DNA of 64,000 nucleotides, taken from Auanema rhodensis. Taxonomy: Eukaryota; Animalia; Nematoda. Where the stretch lies: contig CAXKVF010000079.1 of NCBI GenBank assembly GCA_964057225.1, positions 496,001 through 560,000 of the forward strand. The letters are read 5' to 3'. Position numbers and translations under genes: made by a program. Within the stretch, counting starts at the first letter, position 1; the number at the start of each line of letters is the position of its first letter. A model generated the notes under the pieces. The model had not been told where the DNA came from, searched no databases, and was given only the letters and a program-made list of their open reading frames with translations. Below are positions 54,701 to 64,000 of the stretch, piece by piece.

Positions 54701-57700
54701 TTGAAATTTACGTGAACTTTAATTTATGCTAATTAAATGTACACGTGATGTGCACTTGGTATGTAACTCGCTTCACGTGAAAGATAAAGAGATGCGGTTT
54801 TCAAAATTAGATTCCCCATGTCCATATTAGTCTAAAAACAAATTTTTATTGATATTGGTTCATGGTAACCATGACTTTGAAATTTACGTGAACTTTAATT
54901 TATGCTAATTAAATGTACACGTGATGTGCACTTGGTATGTAACTCGCTTCACGTGAAAGATAAAGAGATGCGGTTTTCAAAATTAGATTCCCCATGTCCA
55001 TATTAGTCTAAAAACAAATTTTTATTGATATTGGTTCATGGTAACCATGACTTTGAAATTTACGTGAACTTTAATTTATGCTAATTAAATGTACACGTGA
55101 TGTGCACTTGGTATGTAACTCGCTTCACGTGAAAGATAAAGAGATGCGGTTTTCAAAATTAGATTCCCCATGTCCATATTAGTCTAAAAACAAATTTTTA
55201 TTGATATTGGTTCATGGTAACCATGACTTTGAAATTTACGTGAACTTTAATTTATGCTAATTAAATGTACACGTGATGTGCACTTGGTATGTAACTCGCT
55301 TCACGTGAAAGATAAAGAGATGCGGTTTTCAAAATTAGATTCCCCATGTCCATATTAGTCTACAAACAAATTTTTATTGATATTGGTTCATGGTAACCAT
55401 GACTTTGAAATTTACGTGAACTTTAATTTATGCTAATTAAATGTACACGTGATGTGCACTTGGTATGTAACTCGCTTCACGTGAAAGATAAAGAGATGCG
55501 GTTTTCAAAATTAGATTCCCCATGTCCATATTAGTCTAAAAACAAATTTTTATTGATATTGGTGCATGGTAACCATGACTTTGAAATTTACGTGAACTTT
55601 AATTTATGCTAATTAAATGTACACGTGATGTGCACTTGGTATGTAACTCGCTTCACGTGAAAGATAAAGAGATGCGGTTTTCAAAATTAGATTCCCCATG
55701 TCCATATTAGTCTAAAAACAAATTTTTATTGATATTGGTTCATGGTAACCATGACTTTGAAATTTACGTGAACTTTAATTTATGCTAATTAAATGTACAC
55801 GTGATGTGCACTTGGTATGTAACTCGCTTCACGTGAAAGATAAAGAGATGCGGTTTTCAAAATTAGATTCCCCATGTCCATATTAGTCTAAAAACAAATT
55901 TTTATTGATATTGGTTCATGGTAACCATGACTTTGAAATTTACGTGAACTTTAATTTATGCTAATTAAATGTACACGTGATGTGCACTTGGTATGTAACT
56001 CGCTTCACGTGAAAGATAAAGAGATGCGGTTTTCAAAATTAGATTCCTCATGTCCATATTAGTCTAAAAACAAATTTTTATTGATATTGGTTCATGGTAA
56101 CCATGATTTTGAAATTTACGTGAACTTTAATTTATGCTAATTAAATGTACACGTGATGTGCACTTGGTAAGTAACTCGCTTCACGTGAAAGATAAAGAGA
56201 TGCGGTTTTCAAAATTAGATTCCCCATGTCCATATTAGTCTAAAAACAAATTTTTATTGATATTGGTTCATGGTAACCATGATTTTGAAATTTACGTGAA
56301 CTTTAATTTATGCTAATTAAATGTACACGTGATGTGCACTTGGTATGTAACTCGCTTCACGTGAAAGATAAAGAGATGCGGTTTTCAAAATTAGATTCCC
56401 CATGTCCATATTAGTCTAAAAACAAATTTTTATTGATATTGGTTCATGGTAACCATGACTTTGAAATTTACGTGAACTTTAATTTATGCTAATTAAATGT
56501 ACACGTGATGTGCACTTGGTATGTAACTCGCTTCACGTGAAAGATAAAGAGATGCGGTTTTCAAAATTAGATTCCTCATGTCCATATTAGTCTAAAAACA
56601 AATTTTTATTGATATTGGTTCATGGTAACCATGATTTTGAAATTTACGTGAACTTTAATTTATGCTAATTAAATGTACACGTGATGTGCACTTGGTAAGT
56701 AACTCGCTTCACGTGAAAGATAAAGAGATGCGGTTTTCAAAATTAGATTCCCCATGTCCATATTAGTCTAAAAACAAATTTTTATTGATATTGGTGCATG
56801 GTAACCATGACTTTGAAATTTACGTGAACTTTAATTTATGCTAATTAAATGTACACGTGATGTGCACTTGGTATGTAACTCGCTTCACGTGAAAGATAAA
56901 GAGATGCGGTTTTCAAAATTAGATTCCCCATGTTCATATTAGTCTAAAAACAAATTTTTATTGATATTGGTTCATGGTAACCATGACTTTGAAATTTACG
57001 TGAACTTTAATTTATGCTAATTAAATGTACACGTGATGTGCAATTGGTATGTAACTCGCTTCACGTGAAAGATAAAGAGATGCGGTTTTCAAAATTAGAT
57101 TCCCCATGTCCATATTAGTCTAAAAACAAATTTTTATTGATATTGGTTCATGGTAACCATGACTTTGAAATTTACGTGAACTTTAATTTATGCTAATTAA
57201 ATGTACACGTGATGTGCACTTGGTATGTAACTCGCTTCACGTGACAGATAAAGAGATGCGGTTTTCAAAATTAGATTCCCCATGTCCATATTAGTCTAAA
57301 AACAAATTTTTATTGATATTGGTGCATGGTAACCATGACTTTGAAATTTACGTGAACTTTAATTTATGCTAATTAAATGTACACGTAATGTGCACTTGGT
57401 ATGTAACTCGCTTCACGTGAAAGATAAAGAGATGCGGTTTTCAAAATTAGATTCCCCATGTCCATATTAGTCTAAAAACAAATTTTTATTGATATTGGTT
57501 CATGGTAACCATGACTTTGAAATTTACGTGAACTTTAATTTATGCTAATTAAATGTACACGTGATGTGCACTTGGTATGTAACTCGCTTCACGTGAAAGA
57601 TAAAGAGATGCGGTTTTCAAAATTAGATTCCCCATGTCCATATTAGTCTAAAAACAAATTTTTTTTGATATTGGTTCATGGTAACCATGACTTTGAAATT

Positions 57701-60700
57701 TACGTGAACTTTAATTTATGCTAATTAAATGTACACGTGATGTGCACTTGGTATGTAACTCGCTTCACGTGAAAGATAAAGAGATGCGGTTTTCAAAATT
57801 AGATTCCCCATGTCCATATTAGTCTAAAAACAAATTTTTATTGATATTGGTTCATGGTAACCATGACTTTGAAATTTACGTGAACTTTAATTTATGCTAA
57901 TTAAATGTACACGTGATGTGCACTTGGTATGTAACTCGCTTCACGTGAAAGATAAAGAGATGCGGTTTTCAAAATTAGATTCCCCATGTCCATATTAGTC
58001 TAAAAACAAATTTTTATTGATATTGGTTCATGGTAACCATGATTTTGAAATTTACGTGAACTTTAATTTATGCTAATTAAATGTACACGTGATGTGCACT
58101 TGGTAAGTAACTCGCTTCACGTGAAAGATAAAGAGATGCGGTTTTCAAAATTAGATTCCCCATGTCCATATTAGTCTAAAAACAAATTTTTATTGATATT
58201 GGTTCATGGTAACCATGATTTTGAAATTTACGTGAACTTTAATTTATGCTAATTAAATGTACACGTGATGTGCACTTGGTATGTAACTCGCTTCACGTGA
58301 AAGATAAAGAGATGCGGTTTTCAAAATTAGATTCCCCATGTCCATATTAGTCTAAAAACAAATTTTTATTGATATTGGTTCATGGTAACCATGACTTTGA
58401 AATTTACGTGAACTTTAATTTATGCTAATTAAATGTACACGTGATGTGCACTTGGTATGTAACTCGCTTCACGTGAAAGATAAAGAGATGCGGTTTTCAA
58501 AATTAGATTCCCCATGTCCATATTAGTCTAAAAACAAATTTTTATTGATATTGGTTCATGGTAACCATGATTTTGAAATTTACGTGAACTTTAATTTATG
58601 CTAATTAAATGTACACGTGATGTGCACTTGGTATGTAACTCGCTTCACGTGAAAGATAAAGAGATGCGGTTTTCAAAATTAGATTCCCCATGTCCATATT
58701 AGTCTAAAAACAAATTTTTATTGATATTGGTTCATGGTAACCATGACTTTGAAATTTACGTGAACTTTAATTTATGCTAATTAAATGTACACGTGATGTG
58801 CACTTGGTATGTAACTCGCTTCACGTGAAAGATAAAGAGATGCGGTTTTCAAAATTAGATTCCTCATGTCCATATTAGTCTAAAAACAAATTTTTATTGA
58901 TATTGGTTCATGGTAACCATGATTTTGAAATTTACGTGAACTTTAATTTATGCTAATTAAATGTACACGTGATGTGCACTTGGTAAGTAACTCGCTTCAC
59001 GTGAAAGATAAAGAGATGCGGTTTTCAAAATTAGATTCCCCATGTCCATATTAGTCTAAAAACAAATTTTTATTGATATTGGTGCATGGTAACCATGACT
59101 TTGAAATTTACGTGAACTTTAATTTATGCTAATTAAATGTACACGTGATGTGCACTTGGTATGTAACTCGCTTCACGTGAAAGATAAAGAGATGCGGTTT
59201 TCAAAATTAGATTCCCCATGTTCATATTAGTCTAAAAACAAATTTTTATTGATATTGGTTCATGGTAACCATGACTTTGAAATTTACGTGAACTTTAATT
59301 TATGCTAATTAAATGTACACGTGATGTGCAATTGGTATGTAACTCGCTTCACGTGAAAGATAAAGAGATGCGGTTTTCAAAATTAGATTCCCCATGTCCA
59401 TATTAGTCTAAAAACAAATTTTTATTGATATTGGTTCATGGTAACCATGACTTTGAAATTTACGTGAACTTTAATTTATGCTAATTAAATGTACACGTGA
59501 TGTGCACTTGGTATGTAACTCGCTTCACGTGACAGATAAAGAGATGCGGTTTTCAAAATTAGATTCCCCATGTCCATATTAGTCTAAAAACAAATTTTTA
59601 TTGATATTGGTGCATGGTAACCATGACTTTGAAATTTACGTGAACTTTAATTTATGCTAATTAAATGTACACGTAATGTGCACTTGGTATGTAACTCGCT
59701 TCACGTGAAAGATAAAGAGATGCGGTTTTCAAAATTAGATTCCCCATGTCCATATTAGTCTAAAAACAAATTTTTATTGATATTGGTTCATGGTAACCAT
59801 GACTTTGAAATTTACGTGAACTTTAATTTATGCTAATTAAATGTACACGTGATGTGCACTTGGTATGTAACTCGCTTCACGTGAAAGATAAAGAGATGCG
59901 GTTTTCAAAATTAGATTCCCCATGTCCATATTAGTCTAAAAACAAATTTTTTTTGATATTGGTTCATGGTAACCATGACTTTGAAATTTACGTGAACTTT
60001 AATTTATGCTAATTAAATGTACACGTGATGTGCACTTGGTATGTAACTCGCTTCACGTGAAAGATAAAGAGATGCGGTTTTCAAAATTAGATTCCCCATG
60101 TCCATATTAGTCTAAAAACAAATTTTTATTGATATTGGTTCATGGTAACCATGACTTTGAAATTTACGTGAACTTTAATTTATGCTAATTAAATGTACAC
60201 GTGATGTGCACTTGGTATGTAACTCGCTTCACGTGAAAGATAAAGAGATGCGGTTTTCAAAATTAGATTCCCCATGTCCATATTAGTCTAAAAACAAATT
60301 TTTATTGATATTGGTTCATGGTAACCATGACTTTGAAATTTACGTGAACTTTAATTTATGCTAATTAAATGTACACGTGATGTGCACTTGGTATGTAACT
60401 CGCTTCACGTGAAAGATAAAGAGATGCGGTTTTCAAAATTAGATTCCCCATGTCCATATTAGTCTAAAAACAAATTTTTATTGATATTGGTTCATGGTAA
60501 CCATGACTTTGAAATTTACGTGAACTTTAATTTATGCTAATTAAATGTACACGTGATGTGCACTTGGTATGTAACTCGCTTCACGTGAAAGATAAAGAGA
60601 TGCGGTTTTCAAAATTAGATTCCTCATGTCCATATTAGTCTAAAAACAAATTTTTATTGATATTGGTTCATGGTAACCATGATTTTGAAATTTACGTGAA

Positions 60701-63700
60701 CTTTAATTTATGCTAATTAAATGTACACGTGATGTGCACTTGGTATGTAACTCGCTTCACGTGAAAGATAAAGAGATGCGGTTTTCAAAATTAGATTCCC
60801 CATGTTCATATTAGTCTAAAAACAAATTTTTATTGATATTGGTTCATGGTAACCATGACTTTGAAATTTACGTGAACTTTAATTTATGCTAATTAAATGT
60901 ACACGTGATGTGCAATTGGTATGTAACTCGCTTCACGTGAAAGATAAAGAGATGCGGTTTTCAAAATTAGATTCCCCATGTCCATATTAGTCTAAAAACA
61001 AATTTTTATTGATATTGGTTCATGGTAACCATGACTTTGAAATTTACGTGAACTTTAATTTATGCTAATTAAATGTACACGTGATGTGCACTTGGTATGT
61101 AACTCGCTTCACGTGACAGATAAAGAGATGCGGTTTTCAAAATTAGATTCCCCATGTCCATATTAGTCTAAAAACAAATTTTTATTGATATTGGTGCATG
61201 GTAACCATGACTTTGAAATTTACGTGAACTTTAATTTATGCTAATTAAATGTACACGTAATGTGCACTTGGTATGTAACTCGCTTCACGTGAAAGATAAA
61301 GAGATGCGGTTTTCAAAATTAGATTCCCCATGTCCATATTAGTCTAAAAACAAATTTTTATTGATATTGGTTCATGGTAACCATGACTTTGAAATTTACG
61401 TGAACTTTAATTTATGCTAATTAAATGTACACGTGATGTGCACTTGGTATGTAACTCGCTTCACGTGAAAGATAAAGAGATGCGGTTTTCAAAATTAGAT
61501 TCCCCATGTCCATATTAGTCTAAAAACAAATTTTTTTTGATATTGGTTCATGGTAACCATGACTTTGAAATTTACGTGAACTTTAATTTATGCTAATTAA
61601 ATGTACACGTGATGTGCACTTGGTATGTAACTCGCTTCACGTGAAAGATAAAGAGATGCGGTTTTCAAAATTAGATTCCCCATGTCCATATTAGTCTAAA
61701 AACAAATTTTTATTGATATTGGTTCATGGTAACCATGACTTTGAAATTTACGTGAACTTTAATTTATGCTAATTAAATGTACACGTGATGTGCACTTGGT
61801 ATGTAACTCGCTTCACGTGAAAGATAAAGAGATGCGGTTTTCAAAATTAGATTCCCCATGTCCATATTAGTCTAAAAACAAATTTTTATTGATATTGGTT
61901 CATGGTAACCATGACTTTGAAATTTACGTGAACTTTAATTTATGCTAATTAAATGTACACGTGATGTGCACTTGGTATGTAACTCGCTTCACGTGAAAGA
62001 TAAAGAGATGCGGTTTTCAAAATTAGATTCCCCATGTCCATATTAGTCTAAAAACAAATTTTTATTGATATTGGTTCATGGTAACCATGACTTTGAAATT
62101 TACGTGAACTTTAATTTATGCTAATTAAATGTACACGTGATGTGCACTTGGTATGTAACTCGCTTCACGTGAAAGATAAAGAGATGCGGTTTTCAAAATT
62201 AGATTCCTCATGTCCATATTAGTCTAAAAACAAATTTTTATTGATATTGGTTCATGGTAACCATGATTTTGAAATTTACGTGAACTTTAATTTATGCTAA
62301 TTAAATGTACACGTGATGTGCACTTGGTAAGTAACTCGCTTCACGTGAAAGATAAAGAGATGCGGTTTTCAAAATTAGATTCCCCATGTCCATATTAGTC
62401 TAAAAACAAATTTTTATTGATATTGGTGCATGGTAACCATGACTTTGAAATTTACGTGAACTTTAATTTATGCTAATTAAATGTACACGTGATGTGCACT
62501 TGGTATGTAACTCGCTTCACGTGAAAGATAAAGAGATGCGGTTTTCAAAATTAGATTCCCCATGTCCATATTAGTCTAAAAACAAATTTTTATTGATATT
62601 GGTTCATGGTAACCATGACTTTGAAATTTACGTGAACTTTAATTTATGCTAATTAAATGTACACGTGATGTGCACTTGGTATGTAACTCGCTTCACGTGA
62701 AAGATAAAGAGATGCGGTTTTCAAAATTAGATTCGCCATGTCCATATTAGTCTAAAAACAAATTTTTATTGATATTGGTTCATGGTAACCATGACTTTGA
62801 AATTTACGTGAACTTTAATTTATGCTAATTAAATGTACACGTGATGTGCACTTGGTATGTAACTCGCTTCACGTGAAAGATAAAGAGATGCGGTTTTCAA
62901 AATTAGATTCCCCATGTCCATATTAGTCTAAAAACAAATTTTTATTGATATTGGTGCATGGTAACCATGACTTTGAAATTTACGTGAACTTTAATTTATG
63001 CTAATTAAATGTACACGTGATGTGCACTTGGTATGTAACTCGCTTCACGTGAAAGATAAAGAGATGCGGTTTTCAAAATTAGATTCCCCATGTCCATATT
63101 AGTCTAAAAACAAATTTTTATTGATATTGGTTCATGGTAACCATGACTTTGAAATTTACGTGAACTTTAATTTATGCTAATTAAATGTACACGTGATGTG
63201 CACTTGGTATGTAACTCGCTTCACGTGAAAGATAAAGAGATGCGGTTTTCAAAATTAGATTCCCCAAGTCCATATTAGTCTAAAAACAAATTTTTATTGA
63301 TATTGGTTCATGGTAACCATGATTTTGAAATTTACGTGAACTTTAATTTATGCTAATTAAATGTACACGTGATGTGCACTTGGTATGTAACTCGCTTCAC
63401 GTGAAAGATAAAGAGATGCGGTTTTCAAAATTAGATTCCCCATGTCCATATTAGTCTAAAAACAAATTTTTATTGATATTGGTGCATGGTAACCATGACT
63501 TTGAAATTTACGTGAACTTTAATTTATGCTAATTAAATGTACACGTGATGTGCACTTGGTATGTAACTCGCTTCACGTGAAAGATAAAGAGATGCGGTTT
63601 TCAAAATTAGATTCCCCATGTTCATATTAGTCTAAAAACAAATTTTTATTGATATTGGTTCATGGTAACCATGACTTTGAAATTTACGTGAACTTTAATT

Positions 63701-64000
63701 TATGCTAATTAAATGTACACGTGATGTGCACTTGGTATGTAACTCGCTTCACGTGAAAGATAAAGAGATGCGGTTTTCAAAATTAGATTCCCCATGTCCA
63801 TATTAGTCTAAAAACAAATTTTTATTGATATTGGTTCATGGTAACCATGACTTTGAAATTTACGTGAACTTTAATTTATGCTAATTAAATGTACACGTGA
63901 TGTGCACTTGGTATGTAACTCGCTTCACGTGAAAGATAAAGAGATGCGGTTTTCAAAATTAGATTCATCATGTCCATATTAGTCTAAAAACAAATTTTTA
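45727..64000. repeat. Indel-free domain of 103 consecutive 176-bp monomers (plus a partial) with its own variant set and variable 9/13/17-mer higher-order repeats
   Basis: 45727 + 103x176 = 63855 exactly. C53A at 54051, 57043, 59331, 60915 (spacings 2992, 2288, 1584). A146T at 57664, 59952, 61536. Confidence 0.92.

Larger units (their letters stand above)
1..64000. repeat. 176-bp tandem satellite DNA array (~365 units, single orientation), probably centromeric/pericentromeric
   Basis: GAAATTTACGTG recurs at 1, 177, 353 ... 2641 (=15x176+1) and on to 63855. Most monomers differ from consensus at only 0-3 positions. The consensus has 56/176 G+C. Summed indels (+308 +22 +8 -9 -11) account exactly for the phase at 63855. 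A centromeric role is inferred only from the nucleosome-sized monomer and high homogeneity. Confidence 0.99.

Noticed and set aside
1-64000. CRISPR array or other repeat-spacer system
   Set aside because: There are no unique spacers (the entire 176 bp repeats) and no cas or other genes.
1-64000. Tandem 5S rRNA, tRNA, snRNA or spliced-leader gene array; telomeric repeat
   Set aside because: No recognisable RNA gene sequence, Pol III A/B/C boxes or short G-rich telomeric unit is present in the monomer.
1-64000. Synthetic or collapsed/over-expanded assembly artefact
   Set aside because: Hierarchically shared rare variants, private mutations in duplicated blocks and coherent junctions look like a real evolutionary history. 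Exact copy numbers still need read support.

Overview
The whole 64-kb window is one uninterrupted head-to-tail satellite array of a 176-bp, AT-rich (~32% GC) monomer. It has no unique sequence, inversions, transposon insertions or credible genes, which is the picture expected of a eukaryotic centromeric/pericentromeric satellite (organism and centromere function are not established from sequence alone). Consensus from position 1: GAAATTTACGTGAACTTTAATTTATGCTAATTAAATGTACACGTGATGTGCACTTGGTATGTAACTCGCTTCACGTGAAAGATAAAGAGATGCGGTTTTCAAAATTAGATTCCCCATGTCCATATTAGTCTAAAAACAAATTTTTATTGATATTGGT(T/G)CATGGTAACCATGACTTT. Phase bookkeeping closes exactly: 361 full-size units, four 77-bp truncated units and a final 146-bp partial unit. 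The full-size units include nine of 175 bp, four of 178 bp with a TA insertion, eleven 178-bp chimeras and one of 165 bp. The five ORFs are chance stop-codon read-throughs. The most interesting observations are (i) a 77-bp out-of-register monomer followed by a 75-bp microhomology deletion that restores near-monomer length (178 bp), after which the chimera was amplified 11 times; (ii) a monomer built from two degenerate fold-back halves carrying three evenly spaced ACGTGA (E-box-like) motifs; and (iii) nested higher-order repeats and long-range block duplications. No protein-coding biological system is present.
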